64,000 nt of DNA from Hydrogenophaga sp. (GTDB taxonomy: Bacteria; Pseudomonadota; Gammaproteobacteria; Burkholderiales; Burkholderiaceae_C): assembly GCF_031426985.1 (NCBI RefSeq), contig NZ_JASJOY010000022.1, positions 10,871 to 74,870 of the forward strand. The letters run 5' to 3'. Of the stretch, positions 1 to 11,151 are shown piece by piece; position 1 is the first letter of the stretch; each line of letters starts with the position of its first letter. Under the pieces are notes generated by a model that was not told where the DNA came from, made no database searches, and saw only the letters and a program-made list of their open reading frames with translations. Position numbers and translations under genes: made by a program.

Positions 1-127
1 CGGCGCTGCTGAAGCCCTGAACTGCGGGCTTTTCTGCCCCTGATCGGGGCTTTGTCCCGGGTGGTCGCTGCCCATAATCGTCCGCAAGTCTCCTGTACTT
101 GCCCGGTGAAACGCAGCCACACCCTCC

Positions 128-2221
128 ATGAATGCCCGTGCCGAATCCCCTTTTGACGCCTGTCTGAAGGAGGCGCTCGTCCTCTCGGTCGAGTGGGTGC
201 CGCGCTGGCTGGCGGCCCTGCACGACGCCTTGCAGCAGCGCGAGGCCGCCGCCGGCCACCTGCACGACAAACAGGCCTTTGCCCGGGCGCGCAGCGTGCT
301 TGCTTCGCACCGCGCACTGCTGGGTGAACGCTTCCTGTCGTTTCTGGCCGATGCCCTGCACGGCGGCACGGGGCTCGCGCCCCACACACCCGCCACGGCG
401 CGCCCCACCGGCGGCCGCAGCCTGGACAGCCTGAGCTTCGACGACCTGGAACTGATGGACGACCGGCAGGTGCAGGCCACCGTCGAACTGGCGCGGGTGC
501 AGCAGGTGGTGAAGATGGCGGCCGACGAAGAACTGGTCGCCTTCTGTGCGCGCCTGAGCCGCGCCCAGGGCCACGACGTGGTGCGCCACCAGGCCAACCC
601 GCTGCGGCCCGAAGCGGTGGTGGGGGCGCTCATGCGTGCGCTGGGCAGCCTGCACCTGGACGAAGCCGTGCGCGCGCGCTGGCTGCATGTGGGCGCCGTG
701 TCGCTGGGCACCGAACTGCAGAAACTCTACCGCCGCCTGACCGACCAGCTCGACCGCTGGGGTGTGCAGCCGGCCGGTTATGTGGTGGTGCAAAACGTGC
801 CGGGCCGGGCGGCCGTCCCCCTGCCCCCCCAACGCAGCGACAGCGTGCCCGCGGCAGCGCTGACCGGCACCGATGCCGTGCTCACGCTGGACCACCTGCA
901 CCAGCTGCTGGTGGGCAACCTGGAACAGAGCGGCCATGGCGTGTCCGATCAGGGCCCCTCGGGTTCGGGGAACGCCATGGTGCGCACGCTCGCGGCCGAG
1001 GTGGTCACGCTCATGCTGCGGCGCATCCACGAAGACATGCGCCTGCTCCCGGCGGTGCGCGAACGGGTGCAGGGCCTCAAACCCGCGCTGCTGCAGCTCG
1101 CCCGCACCGACCCGCGTTTTTTTGCCGATCGCCTCAACCCGGCGCGGCGCTTGCTGGACGTCATCACCGCCCGCGGCCTGGCCTTCACCAGCGAGCAGGA
1201 TAGAGGCTTTGCCGACTACGCCCAGCAGCTGCAGGACACGGTGCAGGCGCTGCAGGCGCCCACCCAGAGCCTGCCCGAGCTCTTTCCGCAACTGCTGCTG
1301 CGCCTGACCCGCAACGACGTGGTGACGCTGGCGCCCGCGCGCAGCCTGGCCATGCAGACGCTGGTGAAGGTGGAGCAGCGCAACCTGCTGGCCGAACGCG
1401 TGGCGAGCGAAATGGCCTCGCGCAACGACTTTTCGCGCGCGCCGGGTGTGGTGCGGCGCTTCCTCAGCGGCCCCTGGGCGCAGGTGGTGGCGCAGGCGCG
1501 CATGCGCGCCGCGCAGCAAGAAGGCGCCTCGGCAGCCGACGCGCCCGCGCTGCGCTACATGGACCTGCTGCCCGACCTGTTGTGGTCCAGCCAGCTGGCG
1601 CTGGCCAGCTGCAACCGGCCGCGCCTGATCAAGGTCATTCCCGGCCTGCTGCGCACGCTGCGCGAAGGGCTGGACAGCATCGACTACCCGCGCCCGCAGA
1701 CCGAGGCCTTCTTCCAGGCCCTGATGGGGCTGCACGAAGCGGCCTACAAGACGCAGCGCAACGAGGCCGGCAGCGACCCGGTGCCCAGCCGCCAGGGCGA
1801 GCTGTTGCCCGAGCCCTGGGTGCACCCGGGCGAGGTGCGCGACACCGGTTTCCTGGACGACCTGAGCATCGACACCCAGCCGGCCTTTCTGGACACCGAG
1901 CGCATGGACAGCGCCTGGCAGCGTTTGCACGCAGCCGACGAGCACCCGGAGGGACCGCTGCCCGTGGGCACCTGGGTGGACCTGCGCGAGGACGATCAGG
2001 CGCTGCGCTGCCAGCTGACCTGGGCCAGCCCGCACGGCACCCTGTTCCTGTTCAACGCCGCCAACGGTCGCAGCATCTCGCTGACCCTCAAAGGGCTGGA
2101 ACGCCTGCAGGCGCTGGGCCGCCTGCGCGTGGTGGCCGACCACGGCGTGGTCGATGACGCGCTGGACGCGGTGGCGCGCGAGGCCCTGCGCAACTCCCGG
2201 CAGATCGCCTGCCCGGACTGA
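128..2221 (+). CDS. DUF1631 family protein
   Basis: 697-aa ORF with helical repeats and NPxRPE, ARTDPRFF...PARRLLD and C-terminal W...QLTWASP...LF motifs typical of DUF1631. Confidence 0.8.
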   Translation: MNARAESPFDACLKEALVLSVEWVPRWLAALHDALQQREAAAGHLHDKQAFARARSVLASHRALLGERFLSFLADALHGGTGLAPHTPATARPTGGRSLDSLSFDDLELMDDRQVQATVELARVQQVVKMAADEELVAFCARLSRAQGHDVVRHQANPLRPEAVVGALMRALGSLHLDEAVRARWLHVGAVSLGTELQKLYRRLTDQLDRWGVQPAGYVVVQNVPGRAAVPLPPQRSDSVPAAALTGTDAVLTLDHLHQLLVGNLEQSGHGVSDQGPSGSGNAMVRTLAAEVVTLMLRRIHEDMRLLPAVRERVQGLKPALLQLARTDPRFFADRLNPARRLLDVITARGLAFTSEQDRGFADYAQQLQDTVQALQAPTQSLPELFPQLLLRLTRNDVVTLAPARSLAMQTLVKVEQRNLLAERVASEMASRNDFSRAPGVVRRFLSGPWAQVVAQARMRAAQQEGASAADAPALRYMDLLPDLLWSSQLALASCNRPRLIKVIPGLLRTLREGLDSIDYPRPQTEAFFQALMGLHEAAYKTQRNEAGSDPVPSRQGELLPEPWVHPGEVRDTGFLDDLSIDTQPAFLDTERMDSAWQRLHAADEHPEGPLPVGTWVDLREDDQALRCQLTWASPHGTLFLFNAANGRSISLTLKGLERLQALGRLRVVADHGVVDDALDAVAREALRNSRQIACPD

Positions 2222-2248
2222 TCGGGCGGCCGCGGTCGGCGGCCTGTG

Positions 2249-3583
2249 TCAGCCCTTGCGTTGCAGCTTGTTGCGCACCAGCGCGATGTTGTTGCGCAGC
2301 GCGTAGAGCTCGTCGGTGAAGGCCAGCGGCATCACCACCTTCTCCACCTTGGCCTCCATCTCGGCCAGTTCGTCCAGCAGCTGCTGCTCGCTCACACCGT
2401 CGGCGGCAGCGGTCTCGTGGCGCTGCTCGATGTCGCGCAGCTCGGCGTACCAGCGGAACACGCGCGAGCGGATGCGGAAGGTGTAGAGCGGCGGGATGAT
2501 GCGCGAGAGCGGCAGCGCCAGGGCGATGATCAGGCCCATGGCCAGCCACATGCGCTCGATCAGGTTGGCCAGCCAGAACGGCAGGTAGCGCTGCAGGAAG
2601 GGCGGGCCGTTCTTGATGGCGCGCACCGCCTCGGGCGAGAGCGGCACCTCGCTGTGTTCCAGGCTGGGGTATTCGCGGGCCCGGTTGAACCAGCTGGCGC
2701 CGCCGTGCAGGCTGGTCGCCGTCTGCGCGAACAGCTGCAGGATCGCGGGGTGCGTCTTCGCGCTGGCCAGCAGGCTGGTGGTGGAGGCCACCAGGCGCAC
2801 GTCGCGTTCGGGAATGTTTTTCGACAGCTCTACCACGCCCTGCGGCATGACCACCGGCGTGAGGTAACCAAAGCGGCGCGAATAGGCCTCGCTCTGCGCA
2901 AAGTCCATCAGCCGGATGCCGGGCGACTGCAGCAGCATCTGCACCATCAGCGACTCGGGCGCCGAGGCGAACACCACCGCATCGAGCTCGCCGTCGAGAA
3001 ACCCCACCGTGGCCGGCGTCTGGGCCAGCTCGCTGAGCTGGAGCTGTTGGCGTTCCACGCGGTTGACGTCCAGCAGGGTGCCGAACAGGCGCGGCACGCC
3101 GCTGCCGGCGGTGCCCACGTTGACGCGCCAGTCCCGCAGGTCGGGCAGGCTGGCCACCGTGGGGGTGTGGTTCAGGCGCTGCGCGGCGTCTTCGCGGTAG
3201 AACAGCCACAGCGGTTCGACGAACAGGCTGCCGAGCGAGACGATGGATTCTTCGTCGTCGTAGCCGATGTCGGCGCTGCCGCCCTGCACGAAGCCCAGAT
3301 CGGCCCGGCCGGTGCGCAGCAGTTCCAGGTTGTCGGAAGAGCCTTCGGTGGGCAGCAGTTCAACCGTGATGCCGTAGCGGCGCAGGGCGTCGGCGTAGCG
3401 TTTGCCGAACGCGTCGTAGGCGCTTTGTGCGGGGCCGGTGGCCAGCACCACACGTTTGGGCGGGTTGGGGTCCAGCCACCAGTAGGCCAGGCCCAGCAGG
3501 GCGATGGTCAGCAGCGCGAAGGGGCCAATGGACACCAGCAGGTCGCGCAGCGAGAGCAGGGTGTAGCGGATGTTGCGGGGCAT
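2249..3583 (-). CDS. TAXI-family TRAP solute-binding protein, membrane-anchored form
   Basis: ATG..S.Y, T.GS..NL..L..G..D..FVQ.G and VG..GSG motifs; N-terminal TM helix and C-terminal TM plus helical tail. Confidence 0.8.
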   Translation of the reverse strand: MPRNIRYTLLSLRDLLVSIGPFALLTIALLGLAYWWLDPNPPKRVVLATGPAQSAYDAFGKRYADALRRYGITVELLPTEGSSDNLELLRTGRADLGFVQGGSADIGYDDEESIVSLGSLFVEPLWLFYREDAAQRLNHTPTVASLPDLRDWRVNVGTAGSGVPRLFGTLLDVNRVERQQLQLSELAQTPATVGFLDGELDAVVFASAPESLMVQMLLQSPGIRLMDFAQSEAYSRRFGYLTPVVMPQGVVELSKNIPERDVRLVASTTSLLASAKTHPAILQLFAQTATSLHGGASWFNRAREYPSLEHSEVPLSPEAVRAIKNGPPFLQRYLPFWLANLIERMWLAMGLIIALALPLSRIIPPLYTFRIRSRVFRWYAELRDIEQRHETAAADGVSEQQLLDELAEMEAKVEKVVMPLAFTDELYALRNNIALVRNKLQRKG

Positions 3584-3620
3584 GCCGCCACCTTAGCACG
3601 CACCTGCCTGCGGCCCGTCA

Positions 3621-3742
3621 GGCAGCGACCCGCGTCAGCGGCGGAGCGTGGGGGCGCCTGCGATCCGGCGCCGGGTCGCCCCAAGCCGGATCAGCCCCCC
3701 CCTGGGGGGCAGCGACCCGCGCCAGCGGCGGAGCGTGGGGGC
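3621..3742. repeat. REP-like repeat, subfamily B, two tandem units
   Basis: GGCAGCGACCCGCG(Y)CAGCGGCGGAGCGTGGGGG occurs twice; the same unit recurs near 19430, near 26400 and inverted near 46980. Confidence 0.85.
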
Positions 3743-3750
3743 TCAAGTCC

Positions 3751-5310
3751 TCACATGCGGAAGATGCGCACCGATTCCTGCATCACCTGCGCCTGGGCCT
3801 GCAGCGAGCTGGCGGCGGCGGCGAGTTCCTCGACCATGGCCGAGTTCTGCTGCGTGACCGAATCGAGCTGGCCGATGGCCTGGTTGATCTGCGACAGGCC
3901 CGACGACTGCTCGCGCGAGGCGCTGGTGATCTCGCTGATCAGGCCGTTGACCTGCTGCACCGCCTCGACCACGTGGCCCATGGTCTTGCCGGCGTTGTTC
4001 ACGCGGGCACCTCCCTGGGCCACCTGGCTGGCGGATTCGTCGATCAGGGTCTTGATCTCTTTGGCGGCGGTGGACGTGCGCTGCGCCAGGCTGCGCACCT
4101 CGGCCGCCACCACCGCAAAGCCCCGGCCCTGCTCGCCCGCGCGGGCCGCTTCCACCGCGGCGTTGAGCGCGAGGATGTTGGTCTGGAACGAGATACCTTC
4201 GATGACCTGGATGATGTCGCCGATGCGGCTGGACGAGCGGCTGATGTCGTCCATGGTGCTGATCACGTCGGCCATGGCGGCGTTGCCTTCGCGGGCCACC
4301 GCGGCCGCGCGTTCGGACAGGCCGCTGGCTTCGCGCGCCGAGTTGCTGCTGTGTTCCACCGTGCTGGTCAGCTCCTCCATGGACGCGGCGGTTTCCTCCA
4401 GGCTGCTGGCCTGCGATTCGGTGCGGGCCGAGAGGTCCTGGTTGCCGCTGGCGATTTCATTGGACGCGACCTGCACGCCTTCGACTTCGCGCCGCACGTC
4501 GGAGACGACCGCCTGCAGGTTGACGTTGAGCTGGTTGAGCGCGCGCGCAAGTTCGCCGAACTCGCCGCCCCCCAGGGCGCCGATGCGGGCCGAGAGGTCG
4601 CCGGCGGCCATCTGGTTGGCGAAGTCCACGGCGCGCTCCAGCGGTGCCACCATCAGGCGGCGCATGAAGGCAGCGGTGGCGATGGCCAGCACCGCGGTGA
4701 TGCCCCAGGCCGCCAGGTGCCAGACCTCGGCCATGCCTTCGGTGGCGCTTTCGATGAACTGGATCACAAACGCCATGGCCAGCGCGATGGCGCCGAGTTT
4801 CTTGCCCAGGGTGGGGCGCAGCCAGCGCTGCAGGTGGCCACGCCAGCCGGTGCGCACCAGGCGGGCATGGTGCAGGGCGATGGTCGGTCGGCCCGACTCG
4901 GCTTCGGTGCGCAGGCGGGTGTACAGCGCCTGGGCCTGTTCGATCTGTTCGCGGCTGGGCTTGGTGCGCACCGACAGGTAGCCGGTGACCTGTCCGTTCT
5001 GAACGATGGGGGTGGCGTTGGCCAGCACCCAGTAGTGGTCGCCGTTCTTGCGGCGGTTCTTCACCAGGGCCGACCAGGGCGAACCGCCTTGCAGCGTGGC
5101 CCACATGTCGCGGAAGGCTTCCGCGGGCATGTCGGGGTGGCGCACCAGGTTGTGCGGCTGCCCGAGCAGCTCTTCGCGGCTGTAGCCGCTGACGGCGATG
5201 AAGGCCGGGTTGCAGTAGGTGATGCGGCTGGTGAGGTCCGTGGTGGAGACCAGGGTGAGGCCATCCGGGACCACGAACTCTTGCTGGCTGACGGGCAGGT
5301 TGGTTCTCAT
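3751..5310 (-). CDS. aer: PAS-domain methyl-accepting chemotaxis protein, Aer-like
   Basis: N-terminal PAS (STTDL.S.ITY.N..F..VSGY...EL.G.PHN..RHPDMP), TM/HAMP region, signalling domain [27 protein letters not shown]. Confidence 0.88.
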   Translation of the reverse strand: MRTNLPVSQQEFVVPDGLTLVSTTDLTSRITYCNPAFIAVSGYSREELLGQPHNLVRHPDMPAEAFRDMWATLQGGSPWSALVKNRRKNGDHYWVLANATPIVQNGQVTGYLSVRTKPSREQIEQAQALYTRLRTEAESGRPTIALHHARLVRTGWRGHLQRWLRPTLGKKLGAIALAMAFVIQFIESATEGMAEVWHLAAWGITAVLAIATAAFMRRLMVAPLERAVDFANQMAAGDLSARIGALGGGEFGELARALNQLNVNLQAVVSDVRREVEGVQVASNEIASGNQDLSARTESQASSLEETAASMEELTSTVEHSSNSAREASGLSERAAAVAREGNAAMADVISTMDDISRSSSRIGDIIQVIEGISFQTNILALNAAVEAARAGEQGRGFAVVAAEVRSLAQRTSTAAKEIKTLIDESASQVAQGGARVNNAGKTMGHVVEAVQQVNGLISEITSASREQSSGLSQINQAIGQLDSVTQQNSAMVEELAAAASSLQAQAQVMQESVRIFRM

Positions 5311-5378
5311 GGTGGTTCCGGGAAAAGGGGTGTGTAGTCTTCGTCACCTGGACGACGTTCTTGAAGCCCAGGTCGGTC

Positions 5379-5405
5379 GGATCGACCAGCGGTGACGAAA
5401 GTCTA
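5379..5405 (-). promoter_or_regulatory. possible sigma28 (FliA) promoter of the chemoreceptor
   Basis: TAGACTTT-N11-GTCGATCC on the minus strand, partial match to TAAAGTTT-N11-GCCGATAA, upstream of an MCP. Confidence 0.35.
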
Positions 5406-5432
5406 GGGAAGCCCCGGCGGGCCGACAGCGCG

Positions 5433-5478
5433 AAAAAAGCCCGGGCGGTGGTGCTGTTCGTGCGCCACCGCCCGGGCT
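5433..5478 (-). terminator. intrinsic terminator after the cusF-like gene
   Basis: Perfect 14-bp stem AGCCCGGGCGGTGG/CCACCGCCCGGGCT followed by a T-run on the minus strand. Confidence 0.85.
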
Positions 5479-5525
5479 GTACCACCCATGCCTGACGGCC
5501 GCGCCGTCCCTGCGTACCTTTGACT

Positions 5526-5894
5526 TCAGGGCCGCTTTTCGATCTGCAGCACCGTGTAGACGCCCAGCAACTTCTCGGCGGTGAAGCGGACCGGGTCACC
5601 CACCGCCAGCCCGGTCAGGCTGGCGGGATCGCGCACCTGGAACACCATGGTCATGGGCGGCATGTCCAGGTTCTTGATGTCGCCGTGCTGGAGGCTGACT
5701 TTGCCGGCCGCGGTGTCGATGCGGCGCACGTGCGCATCGGTCCAGGGCAGTTCGGCCGCGGCGGGGGCGCTCGGGGCCGCGGGCGTGTGCGCATGGTCGT
5801 GACCCGCGGTCGTCTGGGCCGTGGCTGGCGCGGCCAGCACCAGCAACGCGAGCATGGCACCGCACAGGGCGGTGTTCCGTGAAAGGAAAGGCAT
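5526..5894 (-). CDS. cusF: CusF-family periplasmic copper-binding protein
   Basis: Signal peptide, His-rich linker, H.DI..L.MP.MTM.F metal motif. Confidence 0.85.
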   Translation of the reverse strand: MPFLSRNTALCGAMLALLVLAAPATAQTTAGHDHAHTPAAPSAPAAAELPWTDAHVRRIDTAAGKVSLQHGDIKNLDMPPMTMVFQVRDPASLTGLAVGDPVRFTAEKLLGVYTVLQIEKRP

Positions 5895-5924
5895 GGGAAG
5901 GCTCCGAAGGACAACGGGGCGTGA

Positions 5925-6413
5925 TCAGCCGCGGTGGTAGGACTGGTAGACCCGGCTGCTGCCGTCGCGCTGCACCAGCAGCACGTCGTAGGGGTCTTTG
6001 CGGCCGCCGTACTCGGGGCCGTCCATGCCGGGGCTGCCCACCGGCATGCCCGGCACGGTGAGCCCGATGGCCGCGGGCTTTTCGGCCAGCAGGCGGCGGA
6101 TCTCGCGCGTGTTCACATGGCCTTCGACCACGTAGCCGTCGATCAGGGCGGTGTGGCAGGAGCCGTACTTCACCGGCAGGCCCAGGCGCTGGCGCACCGC
6201 GGTGTTGCCGGTCTCGAAGACCTGGACCTGGAAGCCGTCGCGCTGGAGGTAGGCGATCCAGTCCTTGCAGCAGCCGCAGCTGGGATCTTTCCAGACCTGC
6301 AGCACGGGCAGTGCGGGGGTGGTGGGGGTGGCGGCGCGGGCCGTGAGCGCGGTGGCGCTCAGCAGCGAGGCAGCGCCGATCAGCAGGGAACGTCGTTGCA
6401 TGGGGTGGTCCAT
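5925..6413 (-). CDS. DUF411 (CopG-like) periplasmic metal-binding protein
   Basis: Tat-like RRSLL signal; KDPSCGCC..W, SCHTA, EGHV and PGMPVGSPGM motifs. Confidence 0.85.
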   Translation of the reverse strand: MDHPMQRRSLLIGAASLLSATALTARAATPTTPALPVLQVWKDPSCGCCKDWIAYLQRDGFQVQVFETGNTAVRQRLGLPVKYGSCHTALIDGYVVEGHVNTREIRRLLAEKPAAIGLTVPGMPVGSPGMDGPEYGGRKDPYDVLLVQRDGSSRVYQSYHRG

Positions 6414-6599
6414 TCAGAACAGAAGGGGCGGGGTTGGGGCGTGGTGCCTAGGAGGCCGGCCTCGACAGGGCCCAGGGTCCGGCAGGCCGTTCGAAGCCGC
6501 CGGGCCGCTGGAAGTTCCACCCGATCTCGCGCCGCTGGCCGGCGGGATTGGACCGCCTGCCCCGGCGCAGGGGCAGGGGGCTGGTGTTGCCAGGGCCGC

Positions 6600-7355
<756 letters not shown>

Positions 7356-7386
7356 GGAGGGCTTTCGGTTGGAAGGTGTTCTGTGG

Positions 7387-8490
7387 TCAGCGGACTTTGC
7401 TGACGGCGGTGCGCTTTTCCACCCAGAGGGAGTAGCGCGACATGGCGAAACAGAACACGAAATAGATCAGCGTGATGAAGAAATAGGCTTCGAGCTTGAA
7501 CGGGCGCCAGTCGGCGTCGGCGTTGAGCGCCAGGGCCAGCGCGCCGGTGAGTTCGTAGAGCGAGACGATGGTCACCAGCGAGGTGTCCTTGAACATGCCG
7601 ATGAAGGTGTTCATGAGCGAGGGCACGACCATGGTCAGCGCCTGCGGCAGCACGATCTTGCGCTGTGCCTGCCAGTAGCTCAGGCCCAGGGTCGCGGCCG
7701 CCTCGGTCTGGCCCTTGGGCAGGGCCTGCAGACCGCCGCGCACCACCTCGGCCATGTAGGCGGCCGAGAACAGGGTGATCGCCACCAGCACGCGGATCAG
7801 CACGTCGATGCTCACGCCCTCGGGCATGAACAGGGGCAGCATGAACGAGGCCATGAACAGCACCGTGATCAGCGGCACGCCGCGGATCAGCTCCACGTAC
7901 AGCGTGCACAGGGTCTTGATGGCGGGCATGTTGGAGCGGCGCCCCAGCGCCACCAGGATGGACAGCGGAAAGGCCAGGGTCATGCCGATCACGGTCAGCA
8001 TCACGGTCAGCGGCAGGCCGCCCCACTGGTCGGTGTCCACCGGCGTCAGGCCGAACCAGCCGCCCTTCATGAGGACGAAGTAGAGCGCCAGCATGACGGC
8101 CCAGACGGCGGCGAGCCATCGGTTCCAGAAGCGCGGCATGCAGCTCATGGCGACCACGCCGAGCATGAGTGCGGTGGCGATCACCGGGCGCCAGTGTTCA
8201 GCCTGCGGGTAGCGGCCCATCACGATGAGGCGGCCTTTTTCCGTGACCACACCCCAGCAGGCGCCAACGCCCCGGGCGTTGTTGCAGGCTTCCAGGTTGG
8301 CGCCGAAGACGGCGTTGAACAGCACCCAGTCCATGCTTTTGGCCAAGGTCAGCAGCACGACCGAGAGCAGCAGCAGCGTCATGGCGCTGTTGGTGGGGCT
8401 GGAGAACAGGTTGGCCTTGAGCCAGGCCACGATGCCGGTGCGCTGGCCCGGCATCGGGCGTGCGGAAATGTTCTGATGGGTCTGTGACAT
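7387..8490 (-). CDS. aapM: amino acid ABC transporter permease
   Basis: Start moved to ATG 8490 (MSQTHQ); RGVPLI and [16 protein letters not shown] motifs. Confidence 0.88.
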   Translation of the reverse strand: MSQTHQNISARPMPGQRTGIVAWLKANLFSSPTNSAMTLLLLSVVLLTLAKSMDWVLFNAVFGANLEACNNARGVGACWGVVTEKGRLIVMGRYPQAEHWRPVIATALMLGVVAMSCMPRFWNRWLAAVWAVMLALYFVLMKGGWFGLTPVDTDQWGGLPLTVMLTVIGMTLAFPLSILVALGRRSNMPAIKTLCTLYVELIRGVPLITVLFMASFMLPLFMPEGVSIDVLIRVLVAITLFSAAYMAEVVRGGLQALPKGQTEAAATLGLSYWQAQRKIVLPQALTMVVPSLMNTFIGMFKDTSLVTIVSLYELTGALALALNADADWRPFKLEAYFFITLIYFVFCFAMSRYSLWVEKRTAVSKVR

Positions 8491-8492
8491 GG

Positions 8493-9692
8493 CTATCTTT
8501 CCTGGATGGCTGCGCTGGCGTTGAACCAGTTCATCAGTGCCGAGGTGATGAGCGAGAGCGTGAGGTAGACCAGCATCACGATGGACAGGGCCTCGATGGC
8601 GCGGCCGGTCTGGTTGAGCGTGGTGTTCGCGATCGACACCAGCTCGGGGTAGCCCACGGCCACGGCGAGCGAGGAGTTCTTGGTCAGGTTCAGGTACTGG
8701 CTGGTCAGGGGCGGGATGATCACGCGCAGTGCCTGCGGCAGCACCACCAGGCGCATGGCCTGGCGCTTGTTCAGCCCGAGCGAAGCCGCGGCTTCGTGCT
8801 GCCCCAGCGAGACCGAGGCAATGCCCGAGCGCACGATCTCGGCAATGAACGACGCGGTGTACAGCACCAGACCGAGCAGCAGGGAACCGAATTCGGGGCT
8901 GAACACGCCGCCGTTTTCGATCTGGAAATCGCCCTTTGTGGGGATCTCCCATCCGGTGGGCGCTCCCCCCGCGAGCCAGCCGGCCACGGCCAGGCCGGCG
9001 ATCAGGGCCAGCGACAGCCAGAGCACCGGTCGTTGCTGCCCGGTCTGGTCAAAGTGCCGCTGCGCCTTGCGGGCGTAGAGGTAGGCGCCGATCGTCCCCA
9101 GCACCAGTCCGACGAGCGCCAGCGTCTGCCCCAGTTGCCACACCGGCCAGGGGAAGGAAAAACCGTTCTTGCTCAGATAGAAGTGCCCGACCTGCCAGGC
9201 CTGTTCGAAGTTGGGCAGCAGTTCGGTGAACACGATGTACCAGATCAGCAGCTGCAGGTAGACCGGCACGTTGCGGAAAAACTCGACGTAGCCGTAGCAG
9301 AGCTTGCGCACCAGGAAGTTGGCCGAGAAGCGGCCAACGCCGATCAGCGTGCCGACGAGGGTGGCCAGCACGATGCCGATCACGGCCACCTTGAGCGTGT
9401 TGAGCAGGCCGATGGAAAACGCGGTCCAGTAGGTGCTCATCACCTCGTAGGGAATCAGCGTCTCGCTGATGTCGAAACCGAACGGCTGACCCATGAAGTC
9501 GTAGCCGCTCTGGATGCCGCGCTCGCGCATGTTGCGCAGCGTGTTGCGCACCAGCAGCCAGGCCAGGGTCACCACCGAAACGATGGCCACGATCTGGTAG
9601 ATGACGCTGCGGCCTTCACGGCTGTGCCAGGAGATCGAGCGCCGCTTTCTGGGCGGCAGTGGCCGCGCGGGTATCAAGGGCAGATGGGACAT
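8493..9692 (-). CDS. aapQ: amino acid ABC transporter permease
   Basis: GLLNTL.VA, FRNVP and EIVRSGI.SV..GQ.EAA motifs. Confidence 0.88.
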   Translation of the reverse strand: MSHLPLIPARPLPPRKRRSISWHSREGRSVIYQIVAIVSVVTLAWLLVRNTLRNMRERGIQSGYDFMGQPFGFDISETLIPYEVMSTYWTAFSIGLLNTLKVAVIGIVLATLVGTLIGVGRFSANFLVRKLCYGYVEFFRNVPVYLQLLIWYIVFTELLPNFEQAWQVGHFYLSKNGFSFPWPVWQLGQTLALVGLVLGTIGAYLYARKAQRHFDQTGQQRPVLWLSLALIAGLAVAGWLAGGAPTGWEIPTKGDFQIENGGVFSPEFGSLLLGLVLYTASFIAEIVRSGIASVSLGQHEAAASLGLNKRQAMRLVVLPQALRVIIPPLTSQYLNLTKNSSLAVAVGYPELVSIANTTLNQTGRAIEALSIVMLVYLTLSLITSALMNWFNASAAIQER

Positions 9693-9798
9693 GGGGTCGT
9701 TCCCGGAAGTCGTGGCTAAAAAAATGGCACAAGCGCCCTACGAAACCCGTTCATAGGTCGCTTGTGCCTGCTGCGGCAAGCGCCAGCGTTGGGGGGGA

Positions 9799-10827
9799 TC
9801 AGCGCAGCGGGGCTGCGTACATCAGGCCACCCTTGTTCCACTGCGCGTTCTTGCCGCGCGGCAGGTTCAGCGCGGTCTTCGGACCGGCGTTGCGTTCAAA
9901 GACTTCACCGTAGTTGCCCACGGCCTTGATCGAGCGGGCCAGCCATTCCTTGTCCAGGCCCAGGTGCTTGCCCAGGTCTTCGGTGGCGCCCAGCATGCGG
10001 CCGACTTGCGGGTCGGTGCTCTTCTTCATCTCGTCCACGTTGGCCTGGGTGATGCCGTATTCCTCGGCTTCGATCAGGCCGTTGAGCACCCACTTGGAGA
10101 TCGCGAAGAACTCGTCGTCACCGCGGCGCACCATCGGGCCCAGGGGCTCTTTGGAGATCAGGTCGGGCAGGATCACATGGGCCGTCGGGTCCTTGGCTTC
10201 CTTGGCGCGGATCGAGGCCAGGCCCGATGCGTCGGTGGTGTAGGCCTGGCAACGGCCCGAGAAATAGGCGCCGGTGGAGGCTTCAAGCTTTTCAAACACC
10301 ACGGCCTTGATGTTCAGGCCATTGGCGCGCGAGAAGTCGGTCAGGTTCTTTTCGGTGGTGGTGCCGGACTGCACGCACACCGTGGCGCCCTTGAGCTGCT
10401 TGGCACTGGTGATCTTGCCCTTGTTGACCATGAAGCCCTGGCCGTCGTAGTAGTTCACGCCGACGAAGTTCAGGCCCAGCGATGCGTCGCGCGAGAGGGT
10501 GTTGGTGGTGTTGCGCGAGAGCACGTCCACTTCGCCGGACTGCAGGGCGGTGAAGCGCTGCTGGGCGGTCAGGGGCACCCACTTGACTTTGCCGGCATCG
10601 CCCAGCACCGCGGCGGCCACGGCCTTGCAGTAGTCCACGTCCATGCCGGTCCAGGCACCGCTGCTGTCGGCGGCGGAGAAGCCGGCCAGGCCCACGTTCA
10701 CACCACACACCAGCTGTCCGCGCGCCTTGATGGCGTCCAGTGTCTTGCCGGCGTGTGCCGGGGCGGCCGCCAGGGTGGCCATGGCGGCCACGATGGAGGC
10801 GGTCAGTTTGAGAGATTTGAAGGACAT
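9799..10827 (-). CDS. aapJ: amino acid ABC transporter substrate-binding protein
   Basis: TL..IK.RG.L.CGV, RFTALQSGEVDVL and ISKEPLGP.VR motifs; ATG 10827 follows an AGGAG ribosome-binding site. Confidence 0.9.
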   Translation of the reverse strand: MSFKSLKLTASIVAAMATLAAAPAHAGKTLDAIKARGQLVCGVNVGLAGFSAADSSGAWTGMDVDYCKAVAAAVLGDAGKVKWVPLTAQQRFTALQSGEVDVLSRNTTNTLSRDASLGLNFVGVNYYDGQGFMVNKGKITSAKQLKGATVCVQSGTTTEKNLTDFSRANGLNIKAVVFEKLEASTGAYFSGRCQAYTTDASGLASIRAKEAKDPTAHVILPDLISKEPLGPMVRRGDDEFFAISKWVLNGLIEAEEYGITQANVDEMKKSTDPQVGRMLGATEDLGKHLGLDKEWLARSIKAVGNYGEVFERNAGPKTALNLPRGKNAQWNKGGLMYAAPLR

Positions 10828-11023
10828 GCGTTTCTCCTGTTGGTTGAGGGCTGTTGTTGGCGATGCCATGAGACGCTTCTGTGCACCAGAATGGGCTGCA
10901 TCGGCGGGCAGCGCAGACTGTAGACGGCGCCCCCGGCGCGGGTCATCGGGGTTTACGTGGGAACTTCATGTGATTTATGCATGGGTACATCACCATCGAT
11001 CCGCGTGCCCACGCCAGCATCCA

Positions 11024-11039
11024 AGCACGAGGCGTGCCA
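11024..11039 (-). promoter_or_regulatory. sigma54 -24/-12 promoter of aapJQMP
   Basis: TGGCACGCCTCGTGCT on the minus strand (GG-N10-GC). Confidence 0.6.
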
Positions 11040-11151
11040 CGGGCAGCTCGTCCCGGTCGCGACATCGGTGCTTTTCTTTTCGCAGCAGGCGCACGTATGC
11101 TTTTTCCAAGGTCGCCGCGGGTGGCCGTACAACGACACAGGAGACAGACCC

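Noticed and set aside
6440-6580. Further subfamily A repeat copy after aapP
   Set aside because: Only GCCGGGCCGCTGG and GCAGGGGG fragments match. Too degenerate to count, so it is excluded from the stop-adjacent tally.
10882-10900. NtrC box near aapJ (TGCACCAGAATGGGCTGCA)
   Set aside because: The spacing does not fit TGCACC-N5-GGTGCA, and the site lies downstream of the sigma54 motif.
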